From NCBI GenBank assembly GCA_965637545.1, contig OZ281500.1, positions 19,530,001 through 19,594,000 of the forward strand: DNA of 64,000 nt, read 5' to 3'. A program made the position numbers and the translations under genes. This DNA comes from Phallusia mammillata. Lineage: Eukaryota. Under the pieces are notes generated by a model. The model worked only from the letters and a program-made list of their open reading frames with translations. It was not told the DNA's origin and did not search any database. Positions 12,501-23,900 of this stretch are shown in pieces; position 1 is the stretch's first letter, and each line of letters starts with the position of its first letter.

Positions 12501-15151
12501 TACTTTTGACTGAACCACAGGCTTGCGAATATTACTTGTGAAAGTCGAAAAATAAAATTATGAACACTGCCAATCAGTTCGGTTGGTGTTTTGGCAACTG
12601 TATTGTAAATTAAACAACGTTCCGATTTCATATTGGATTTTTTATTGCGAAAATACTATTAAAACAAAGGATTCTTTCTGCAAAATTTTAGCCCTCACGA
12701 CTGGTCCCACCAACGTTCTTACCCCAGTCGTGTAATGGTCGCAGATCGCCAAACTCACTCTCCGGTGAGCTCCCGTCACATAACACTTCATGATACGGTA
12801 TAGGTACAGGACGTTTAGTCATGATGAACAACCAAGTGTGCATCCACTAGTTTGCGCTCAAAACGTTTCAACGTTGCGCAGATATTTTCGGCTTGGTAAT
12901 TGTTCAGTGCCATTGTGACGTTATAGGCTACGTCCCTTTACCAAGCGAAATAAATTTTGCTTAACCCAACAACGTTTATAAAGACTTTGTAGAAATACGT
13001 ATTGTAGAAATACGTTTTGATTTAATCATAAACATAACTGCAAAGGAACTGGTGTATATAGAATACATCATGCAGCCTACACTGATGATGATAACAGAGA
13101 TTGTTGAAACGTGTGTCTACATGATGTATATACCAGTTCCTTGGCAGTTATGTTTATGATTAAATTACTCGTCCGTGTATAGTGTACGTTTTGATTTCAT
13201 TTATTTGCTAAGTAACGTGGTTGTACGTTTGTGTTTACAACAATACTGTAAAAACAAATTATTGACTATAAGACTACCTTGTTTTCACTGCAGGATGTCA
13301 TTGTCCCCCGAATCTGATATTGAATGAAGCCATAAACGCGTGTGTTGTTCGTGACGGTGGATGCGAAGGCTGTCAAAATGAAGCCGGCGAACCAATCATG
13401 GTAAGCTATACAACCAAGATTGTTTATAAACTGTACAGTAACCCTCATTAATTTTGAAACCAGGCCCTTTTGGACCAACCAAAATATCCGAATTAGGCGA
13501 AGATCCGGATAAACCGAATCCTGTTTGACCGGGGTTTACTATTTTTCCTAATACTTCCTGTTTAAGCCATTGTCCATTACTGTCTAATGTGTATGTTTTC
13601 TTTATTGTAGGCTTATAATTAAATTTTGAAGGATTTTTTTCCTTCAAACAAGCAAATATATTTCAAAAACCCAAGTTAAGAAACGGCTTTACGGAAAACT
13701 TATGTTATAAACTTTGGAAAATAAGAGCTCTTAGCTTAGTTTCCCAAACCTTTGTTTAATTGTAGTTGCCTAAAACTTCAATTAAAATTTGGGAACCATT
13801 GCTTGAAATCGACTGCAAAAAAATCTTTTTTATATTTTTGTAAAGAAATCATTTCGTTCCCTGATCTTTCCTTTTTTAATGTAACAATCACTTACAAAGT
13901 ATGTTATTCAGTGTAATAAAAGGGTTTCAGATATGTTTCTCACCGAGATCCGCAGACTTAATTAGTTTATGTCAAGGACCCGTTACCACAAAAGCGACTA
14001 AATCCTAAATAAAATGAGTTACTTATTGTCCAACTGTTCATAAACGGGTTGATTTGTAACTTAAAAAGACATATTTTTTTGAAAAACAACGTAGAAACCA
14101 ATGGTCAAGTCGTGTTTTTCTTTTGCAGGAGAGTTTCGGATTTTTTCAGGAAAATTGTACAGAATTATGTTTTTGCCGCGCAGGAACGATAGTCTGCTTT
14201 GACTTTACCTGCGATTCCACTTGCGTGGACGAAGTTTGCAGTGAGTTTTGTGTAGCATAAGACAGTGCTCTTCAACCTTTTTTGGCTTGGTGAACCCTTA
14301 AAGTTGTTGTGACGAACTCATGTACCCTGTTTACTTAAAAAGGTTAACTGAGATAAAAGCGACATTAAAAATCATTATGCATATCATCATGTCAATCAAA
14401 CCGAGCGGAGCTCGCAAAAATTGCTTGAATTGCTACCAATACTCCAAGCATATGTTCGCGAATTTTCTGTAAAACACAGGAGAAAAAGCTTAAACTCGAT
14501 GTCCTATTATAACCCGACTGTAACGCAGACACTATCAAACTTGGACACGGGGATAAAACATTAAAAAGTTTACCTTGGCTCACATCATTTGAAACCTACA
14601 TCTTTTTTCTAATATCCTAACAGTCAAATATTTAATGGTTCATTAAAAGTTTGTGATGCACCCTTGTATACCCCTTCGTACTGGTGCACCCCATGCATAT
14701 TTTGGTGCACCGTGCACACCGGTTGAAGAGCACTGGCATAAGAGACCAGTGTTTTACGAAAGCAAGTTTTACAGCCCAATCATGAAGGAATATCTACAGA
14801 CTGTTATGTTACTAAATTGGGCGTAGCCAGTGACGTGACTTGAGCTAAAAATTCGGAAACATGCATTTTAATTGTTTTGTGGATTTTGTTTCCATGAGTT
14901 TTTAGGAGTAAACTTACGGGAAAAAATCTTATATATCGTTTCCGGGTGTTACCATTTTTCGCTCTACATGCATTTTTTTGCAAAGAAACCATACCGCCGA
15001 TAATAAAAAAATGTTTGCAGTACTTCCACCATCACCTGCGTCTGGTTCCGCCGGTATCCCAGTTGCTGACCCGATTCAACTTATCGCAGATAGAAAAGAA
15101 ATTGGGTCCGCTGACTTCCAACGTCTTATTGCAAAGTTGTTGGGTGGTTAA
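3591..15151 (+). CDS. Secreted gel-forming-mucin-family protein (FCGBP/zonadhesin/tectorin-like): WxxW - VWD - C8 - 4x(TIL-TILa); >=880 aa, N-terminus unresolved
   Basis: 19 phase-consistent GT-AG exons: 3591-3908, 4182-4528, 4671-4848, 5586-5679, 6278-6413, 6588-6717, 6953-7054, 7563-7642, 7898-8021, 8290-8400, 10052-10143, 10460-10586, 11053-11172, 11367-11470, 11877-12000, 12378-12491, 13294-13400, 14129-14240, 15021-15151(TAA). Motifs: WTNFFNRDHP..GDFET..CMDYKIRFCCP (WxxW); CTAWGNRHYQTLDG..GSCTY and GLCGNFN (VWD); CGPACPATC, CASPCPATC, CANPCPPTC, CGPSCPETC (TIL). Confidence 0.88.
5967..6250 (+). repeat. Dispersed SINE-like repeat, copy 1
   Basis: Shares gactggtcccacca...aacgttgcgcag...accaagcgaaataaa with 12691-12965 and (reverse) 42495-42620; ends in a short simple-repeat tail. 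Confidence 0.7.
7234..7316 (-). mobile_element. Degenerate fragment of the hammerhead element family found at 29789-30308
   Basis: aagctgcagacagtgcacactctttcgacctatatggatcagtgcagctggtgac aligns to 29817-29875, but the catalytic core/stem II is disrupted. Confidence 0.8.
9167..9977. mobile_element. Tc1/pogo-type MITE containing a nested hAT MITE
   Basis: TIRs CAGTAAACTTCGGTTAA / TTAACCGAACTTTACTG, preceded by TA; a related short copy is at 13436-13541. Confidence 0.75.
9427..9810. mobile_element. hAT MITE nested in the pogo-type MITE
   Basis: TIRs CAGGGTTGCCA / TGGCAACCCTG; 8-bp TSD GTTATAAT; subterminal AATAAGGAC repeats. Confidence 0.9.
12691..12965 (+). repeat. Dispersed SINE-like repeat, copy 2
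   Basis: Homologous to 5967-6250. Confidence 0.7.
13011..13197 (+). mobile_element. Small inverted-repeat insertion with a degenerate hammerhead-like core (Penelope-like relic)
   Basis: 13-bp direct repeat TACGTTTTGATTT at 13011-13023 and 13185-13197; ~55-bp imperfect inverted arms (13021-13082 / 13111-13164) enclosing CTGATGATG..GAAACGT. Confidence 0.6.
13436..13541. mobile_element. Short pogo-type MITE remnant
   Basis: TA|CAGTAACCCTC...GGGGTTTACTA; internal atccggataaaccga matches (reverse complement) the 9167-9977 element. Confidence 0.55.
14263..14735. mobile_element. hAT MITE
   Basis: TIRs CAGTGCTCTTCAACC / GGTTGAAGAGCACTG; 8-bp TSD GCATAAGA. Confidence 0.92.
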
Positions 15152-15329
15152 TTAACTCTATCCCGACCCAGTGGTAGTGTAGCGGCCATCATATTATAGT
15201 GTACAATGTTTACATTGACGTTTTCGTGTACAAACGCATTTCATAGAACGACGGGAAATGGATTTTAGCTCGTCACAATAAGTTTTCAAAGATATAACAT
15301 TTTCCGTTCACTAGCTAAAATATATAGAG

Positions 15330-16417
15330 CAGTGGTTCCCAAACTTTTCTAAAAAAATTGTCTGGTGGACCCTTTGTAATTATTTTGATATTTCGCGGCC
15401 CTATATAAAAATCAAAGAATGCTATAGGAAAAATGCAAAACCATTGTTATAGTACACTAGTGCAGTCACGATTCTTTTTAATGTAACAACTTTCAAACTC
15501 AGTGGTTTTCAAACTTTTTGATTGTTTTTTCAGAACGGTCACCTTGCCATTATAGCGAGGACTCGCGGACCTTAAGCCTGAAGGTGTATTTTAGCAATAC
15601 GAAAGTTGATTAGCAGAATTTTAGCTTATTAGGTATGGAAAATTACACATAACAACGTTCTAAAGACGGTTTGTGACATCACAGACAAGACAGAAAACAT
15701 TACGATAGTGCGCAAATATTGCATTCTTGATAGTTGTTATGCAATAAAGGCTATAGTAATGGAGGCAGTGAATCTCTAATTGTACTTTGATTTAAACTAG
15801 AGATGTACCGAATATTCGGTTTGCCGAATTTATTCGGTCGAATCGGTCAATTTTGCAAAGATTCGGTTTCGGCCGAATAATTTTTTGCGATTCGACCGAA
15901 ACCGAATCTTTTACGAACACAAATTTAAAGCGTTAAACGTGCCTTTTTTGCCTAGCAAGGTGCCACGCAATCTTTGAAAAGCCCAAACATAACGAAAATT
16001 AAGTCAATTTTTATCTTTTTCAACATATCGTTTTTCCACTGCAGTGAAAAAAATTAGTAGTTTATTGGCAGGTTGCCAATCATGCTTAAGGCAATTTTAA
16101 ACCCCACAGGACTGAAATGAGAACAAAACACAACTATTCTGCACTATATGCCTGGTAGATAAACGTTGTTTCGTGTCAAACGCGCAGTGTACGACTTCGC
16201 GTGACGTCATAAATGATTCGGTTGATTCGGCCGAATTTATTCGGCAAAACCGCCGAATAATCGGTTTGGGCCGAACCGAAATTTAGCCGATTCGGTACAT
16301 CACTAATTTAAACCTATTCAGTGACACAAATTGACGCCAAATAAGACCATAGAGGCACGTCAACCTTTTCGCGGACCCCGCAAAATTGCTTCACGGACCC
16401 CAGTTTGGGAACCGCTG
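15330..16417. mobile_element. hAT MITE with a nested element
   Basis: TIRs CAGTGGTTCCCAAACT / AGTTTGGGAACCGCTG; 8-bp TSD ATATAGAG. Confidence 0.9.
15798..16305. mobile_element. Nested hAT MITE (TAG-ended)
   Basis: TIRs TAGAGATGTACCGAAT / ATTCGGTACATCACTA; 8-bp TSD ATTTAAAC; dense subterminal TTCGG/CCGAA motifs. Confidence 0.9.
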
Positions 16418-17911
16418 ATATAGAGCCATTTCGTTCTTCTATAATGTTCTGCATAAACATTAGGCGTTTGTTCATCATTGCACATACTTCCTCCTGTTTA
16501 TACTGTGGTTTTCGGTTCAAGTTAAGTAGAACACACCCGCTCGTACCTGAAAAACATAGCAGCTCGGTATGAGGCGCTGTGGCTTTATGAAATTGCACAT
16601 TTGCCATAAAATAAATTCTATTACTAAAAGGGTTTACTGCTAGACTAAGATTTTGCATTACTATAAATAAGCTATTTTCCATTCTATTTGAATTAGAGAG
16701 GGGTTGCTCTGGCGATTTTTTTTATGTAAAATTGTTGAAATTTGCTGCTGTTAATTCGCCTACTCAAGAATACAAAGAAAGAAGAGACACTCTTTGTAAC
16801 TGTTAATCAGTCAGCTTTTATTGAGATGCAAAGATTAGACTTGCCAAACATTTTGTAATGAACATTATAGTTTACACTGTAGCCGCCCTTTACAAGTCGT
16901 CATCGACGCAGACTCGGCTACAGCAGCCTATAATCAGTTTTGATACTAAAATTTCAGTTCTGGTTTTTGTAAGTGTTTGCATTAAATCGCAAATTCGTTA
17001 ATATTTTTGACGTAATATTTTACCACCACCAACAGAATTAAGCACGTGTATTTTGTCTAGGACACAGGAGTTAGGACTATAGCATGTTACAGTTGTTTGC
17101 GCATTGTTTTCACAGTATATTTTTAATAAACAAGGTCGTTTGTGTAAATATTTTCAGCACCATTAAGCTGTAAGTTCGGGGGAACCTTTTTTCTTTTGAG
17201 GCCCATTTTCATGAAACAAAAATTCTGTGGCCCAGTAAATTTATATGAAAGAAAAACACAACTATAAAATAGGTTCAGAACAAAAAAGTGCAGATCATAT
17301 TTTAAACATATGTTAAGTTTAAAATAACTTAAAGCAAAAAAAATCATAAAACAGCACTTTCCCTTCTTTTAATCACTTTTAGTTATGACCAGAGTAATTG
17401 GACAATGGATATGCTGCTACTATCTGGCTTTATTGCAATCACAAAGTAGTTTATTACATCATAAACAAAAGGTGTTGCGGAAACGCAAAGTAAATTTATA
17501 CTGTAAATAGAATAACAAATCAATTTACATTCCTTCTCAATTCCTCCCCAAGACATTATTCTTGTAAAATTGAGTGTATTGACACAAATGAAAGTATTTT
17601 TTTTTAAAGTTTTTCATTTGATTGGTCTGTGGCCCAATGAAAATGCTTCTATGGCCCACTGGTGGGCCATGGCCCACTGATTGAGAACCGCTGGCCTAGT
17701 CAGTCCACACAAGGTTTCTAGAAACTGTTTTGTTTTAAAAAGTTCGCGTTAATCTACTCCGTCTTTAAAATTTTGTTTTCCGAATTTCCATTGTTCCGTT
17801 GCGTGTTTCAGTACAAGTCCGTAAATACTAAGCACGTATGATTGCGATTTACGCCTAAACTTAAAAAACTGTATTTTGTGGTTTTATTTGGCATTTACCT
17901 GTGAATGCATC

Positions 17912-20900
17912 ATGGAGAAACAAAGAATGAGCAAAGCAGAAATAGAAGCACACGAGAGGGCAATTAAGCAGGTTTCAACAATGTTGCAAAGACCAGACCA
18001 ACTTGACAAAGTTGAACAGTTTCGAAGACGAATTGCTAGAAAAAAGGTACCGGTACATACTTTTTAAATTTGCAAAATCTGCTTTGTAAAACTTTGTAAA
18101 AATGTATTACGCTTGTAAAAGACCAAGTATATATGCTGGTATATCATATTTATCTTTAATTCAATTTCTTGCAAATAAAAATATGAAATGTTAACTTAAC
18201 ATGCACACAAGGTAAACTATTTGAAATCGTTAGAAAATGCTTTCAGGAATTAACTATTATTATGTGCAAAATATACCACAACGCAATGGTCTGTACATTT
18301 TTCCGGTTATTATAGTTTTTGTTTAAGTTACTTTTTTGTCCCAATGCCTAAAACTGCAATTCAAACCACATTTAACAAATTTAAAACAACAAGTATAGAT
18401 ATATATTTATATTTAAAAACAGACATAAAAACAGTATTTTGTCCAGCACCACAACAAATTTGTTAAATATGCAACCTGGTGGAAGAAACATTTGTTCAGT
18501 ATATTAAAAACACATTTGCTAGTAGTTGATCTATATTTCAGTTTGTGTGTGTGAAAAAGTTGTTGGTAAACTTTGCTAATTTATTGGTGTGCACTGCACA
18601 ATAAATGTTTTTAACTATTAAACTGAAAAACCTTAGGCATCTGTTGAAGCAAGATTGAAGGCTGCTGTCCAGTCCCAACTTGATGGTGTAAAGACTGGAA
18701 TTCACCAAATGACGGATGCACTGAAAGAAGTGAAAGAGATCAAAGAACATATGAGTGATGTTGATGAGATGTACTTGAGTTGTGGAACACTCAGTGACAA
18801 AATGAGGCAAGGAAAACTTTTTTTGTTGTGATGTGCCTGAAAATTTGTTTTATGTATATGCATAAGGAAGTGTAACATTTAGACACCATTGGTGATAAAT
18901 TTTATTATTTTGTTTAACTTATTTATGAGGCAAAATTTTCAACATATAAAAACACCGTTTTATAAAAAGAGAATAAATAATCATGTTTACTGGTGAATTG
19001 TGTGTCCCATATTATAACCAATCATTGTGCTTTTGCCTGGTATAGGTGCTTATACATGTATATTACTTCTTTTGGTCTTTTTTTAATGTTTTTGAGCAAA
19101 TGTGGCTTCAATTATTACTAAATAGTTTAAATGCAAGTAGATTAAAATAACTACGAAAAAATCTTTCTGCGATTGTACTAGAAATGCTTTTTGCACAAAA
19201 TTCCTGTTAAGTGTTCCTTTTTTTACACTTGTTCCAACCATTTGTGCAAACAAACTTACTTTCTTTCATTTACACTTTTACAGGGATATCAAGGACATCA
19301 GTTCACAGCATCGTCAACTTGTAGCTGCAATGGAAAATCTAAAGCACATATTCAGTGTCCCAGAAGAGGTAGCCAAAGCGAGGCAGATGTTGGCCGATGG
19401 TCAATTACTTGAGGTGGGCCAAGTGCTGTTTTCCCAATGATGTCCATGTGTAGTTAATTAAAAAACTTAATGAAAGGATATAAATACTTATTATATGCTT
19501 TTAAATTGTTCAAAATGTCTTTAAATGCTTCTGGTTAGTTTTTGTGTTTGGTTTATGCTAGTTGTGTAAACTTGTCCAGTTGATTGTCATATAAATGAGT
19601 TTTACTGTTAAAGTTTTGTTTTCTGCCCTACACTGATGCACTGTTTGAATGGGTATTTCAGGCACACAAGGTTTTAACAGACTTGGAAACGTCCAGAGAT
19701 GATCTTTTATATGAACAATACAAGTTGGAAAATCACAGTGACCAGGACATTAAACAACTTCAGTCATTCTTTGCAGAAGCAGAAAAACTTTCTGTAAGTT
19801 TCTGGTTATGGTTTTTACCTAATAGAATTTGTGTTATCAAAAACAGTCACATTTTTTAAACTGTGCATCATTTTTACTCACAACCCAACCATATTGTATA
19901 ATATTAATCGATTTGGATAATGTTGATTTTAGCACATAGCTAGTAAAGCGCATGTGTAGTATTTAATAAATATTATTCTGCTGCTATTATTCTTAGGATG
20001 AACTTGGAGAAGCTTTGTTCAAAGTTATTGCAAAGACAATGTATCTTGTGAAAAAGGATTCATCAAAAATTGTGACAGTGCTAAGAATTGTGGAAAGAGA
20101 ACACAGGTTTGTATGAATTTGTTACCTTGTTTATGAAAGGATTTTTCAAACTGAACACATGTAACTTTTTATTTTCCCACAATACTAATCCCCTCGTGTG
20201 TACTGATTTAAATGCATAAATTTTTTACAAAAGAACAGTGTTTTGTGCCAAGCTATTGCACAGCTTAAAATTGCTGTAAATCAGGGGTGGGCAACCTGCG
20301 GCCCTTCTTTAAAGGTTGTGCGGCCCGCAGAGACGCTTGGATTTCAAAAGTACTGGCAAACGAGTCCAATTATTACATATTTTCGAGCTGATTAATGCGC
20401 CTGATGCAAGTTTTCTGCGATCTGGCAAAAAGTGGTTAGAATCAAATACGAATTATACTTGTAGTTAAGCATATTTGGTAAGAAACAATGTGCGGCCCGC
20501 GATCCAATTTTGACATTTATAATTGGCCCTACAGTAAAAAAGGTTGCCCACCCCTGCTGTAAATTGACAGTGAGAGGATTTTTGCTACAATTGGTAATTG
20601 CAAAATGTTTCTAAACTATATTTCATCCAAGTACAAGTTATGTGCCTGAATAAGTATGTTAGTAGTGCTCAACACATGGTTTACCTATTCTGACTACCCT
20701 ACCTCAAATTTTTATTCATATTCAATTTTTTATGCACAAATTCATGTGTCTTAGATAAAAACAGGTGGTTTTTATCACAGAGCTGACACAAAAATGCAAG
20801 AACAAGAAAGAGCATCAGGATTTCTGCCACCAGGAAGACCCAAGCGCTGGAGGGAAAAAGCAATGGAGACCATTCGACAAGCAGTAGACAATAGGTAAGC

Positions 20901-23900
20901 ATAGAACACTGTTTTGTCAGTGGTTCGAAACTTTTTATTCTTGCATCACACTAAATTATGCTGAACACTTAGGGCATAAAAAGTTTTTAAGGACATAATT
21001 TTATACATAACACTAGAACGATCTGGTATGTCAATAAAATACCCAATCAAAAGCGCAGATGGTACAAACTGTTTTAACAAAAAAGTTCTTTCACATTGAC
21101 TGAAAAGACTTTAAAGCCAGATTAGTTATGAGTAGGGCAAGTAAAGTCATTAAAATCAAGTTTTTTTTGAAGTTATTGCGGTCTGGTTTTAAGTAAAACT
21201 TCTGGACACAAGAAGTATAAGTTTTAAAATCCTAGTTTCATAGGTTAATAAAAAGTCTTTTAATTTTTAAGTTCTTCAAAACTGCTTTAGTTATGACGTA
21301 CAATACCAAAAGAAACGACTAAGCGTAACCACATTTTTTTAACAATTGCAGAATCGATAGTGATGTTTATGATGACCGTGAAGCAGACAAAATGTGGTTG
21401 GTAAAACATCTTGAGATCTTAAGAAGAAACATTCTTGAGGATTTAAGATTGGCAAGATTCCTCTGTATTCCATGCTTTCCTCCTGCTTACAACATTTTTG
21501 AGCAATTTTTGCATTGGTATCATCTATCGTTGGCCAACCATGTAAGTACCATCGTGTGGTTATGCTATGTCAAACAAGTACATAATACAGACGAATTTGT
21601 TTAATTTCATATGGATGATAAATTTATACCCTGAGCCACTTTTAAAGAAAATTCTCTGGTTGATCATATAATCTGCTTAATTGCACAAACAAAAACTATT
21701 GTAAAATTATAGTTCTTGCTTAGTTGCTTGTTAAAAAAGCCCTCTACTAAGGAAAAATGCCATATTTTTACATAATTATAATCTAAACAAGTATTTTATA
21801 AAAATCTATGCAGAGATTAGATTGTGGTCAAAGGGTTAAGACTTGTTTGGATTATTAGCAAAATCGATCAAAGCTTTCACACAAACTGGTGTTGAAACCC
21901 ACTGCCACTGTCTTCACAAAACAACAATATTTTAAAATATATTATTTTTGACGATGTTTTTTTCTGGTTTATTCCTTTCAGTGGGTAATGCAAAGTTTAG
22001 AGACAAAAAACAGCTGGTTTTTATGCATGCTAAAGTGTTGATTTTAAAACATTGACCAGAGTTTTGCATTGTAGCTTCACCAAATCATACAGGAGGGATT
22101 AATTGGAAATGAAATTATATCCTTGCTAACATGGCTTAATCACTATACAGGTAACCAAAATGATAAGGTGGTATTGTTTCATATTTATGAAAGTTAAATC
22201 CAGTTATCCTTTACTTTAGTACAGCTATTTAGCATGACTAGTACCTACCACTACAGATCACACACGTTTATTTTGTTGATTGGTTTTTGTTTTGTAATTT
22301 ATCAATTAACTAGTAGAGGCTATTAAAGCAATGTATTTTTTTTGTATTTAGTGTAAAGTGTTGTGTATTTAGTGTATTTTTCTCTTTCAGGCAGCGAACT
22401 TATGGGCCATGCAGAGCTGTCTTCACACATTGACACAAACAAACTTCCAGCTTTGCTTGATGATTCAGTCAGCGAGGATCTGATCAGAAGGTAGAACTTC
22501 TTATTTAATCGCAATTTATCATCTCATAGGATAGACAAGCCCGGATAATAATAGATTGCATTTGTAGTATGCTTCAGTAATGGTGGTTCATTTCATAGTG
22601 CATTGATTCACTTTTTAACAGTTTTTACTCAAAGTATTGACTCCCATACTTTTTGTACTTGCATAACAATTCGAGGTTTCCTACAGTGTTTCTGTACCAC
22701 CTGTTTAGACAATTTGTGTGCATACCATTAGTATTTGAATAAACTGTTGTCAACTAATGTAGGTTTGCAAATTGAAAATCATTGAGAAGGCCTTTGGCGT
22801 ACCGCAGTTTGAAAATCAGTGACTTAAAGCAAGTTGTTGCCAAGTTACATGCACAATAAATGCTTTTTGAAACATTTTGCATGTTTTTTAACCTAAGAGT
22901 TTTCTGAACAGTATCGGACCCATAACCAAACATGTATTTCTTTTAGTTATTTCGTCACAACTCAGGATAACATGTTGACGTGGACACAAAAATCCCTGCA
23001 GCAAGATTCTGCGGACTGGAGGAGAGAAGAAGAGCCGGAGACGGATGCCGATGGATATTATCGCACATCACTACCAGTTATATTGTTCCAAATGATCCAA
23101 CAGACAATACAGGTTTGTATATGTATGAGACATATTTGAGTATTGACTTTTTTGTATTGTTTTTGAGATGCTTTTAATAGTGGGTACTTATAAAGCTGTT
23201 TCTTTTTTGCAGTAAATTTGGATTGTTTGCATCTTTTTATTACATATACGATAAAATATAAAGGGTTGGTTCTAGTTATGAAAATTTGTGCTGTGAACAT
23301 AAGATAGCTTCATTCTTATTATGGCTATTAAAAAATAGGCCTCTATAACATCAATGCATTTATAAAGTATATCTTTGTTTGAAGTTTAAGAAAATGTTCA
23401 GCACTTTTTAATGCAATGGCCCATGAGTTACAGCTTTAAAATCCTGTGTGACACAAAAAACTTCTTAAAGCTAGATTTTGATATAATGCGGAATACATAC
23501 ATATATTTACTTGAAATATAGAAAATTATGAGAAAATGCAATTATGAGGTTATGGCGCTTTTGGAAAAGGCGGCATGGAGAAGGCCAATCTTCTTGTAGA
23601 CTTCATTGTTTAAAAGCGATAAATTTCGTGCTTTTTAGGTGGCGCAGACTATCTCTGATGACTTGAAACGCAGGGTGTTCGACGTGTGTATAAACGAGAT
23701 GAACAAGTTTGTTCGTTTGTATGCAGGTACGTAAGATCTGTTTTCATGATATATGTGGCTTTTAAACCATGCATAACCTGAAATGTTTGACATACATTTG
23801 TGACACTCAGGGTTGGTTAAAAATTATCCAACAAATTTTCCGACTCCTTACAAAAACAAAGCCTGATGCTTTTCAACGAATTGGCCAAAAGTTAATACTC

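Noticed and set aside
23655-23672. CTGATGACTTGAAAC hammerhead-like core
   Set aside because: Lies in an EXOC3 coding exon (SDDLKR), with no stem II or flanking helices
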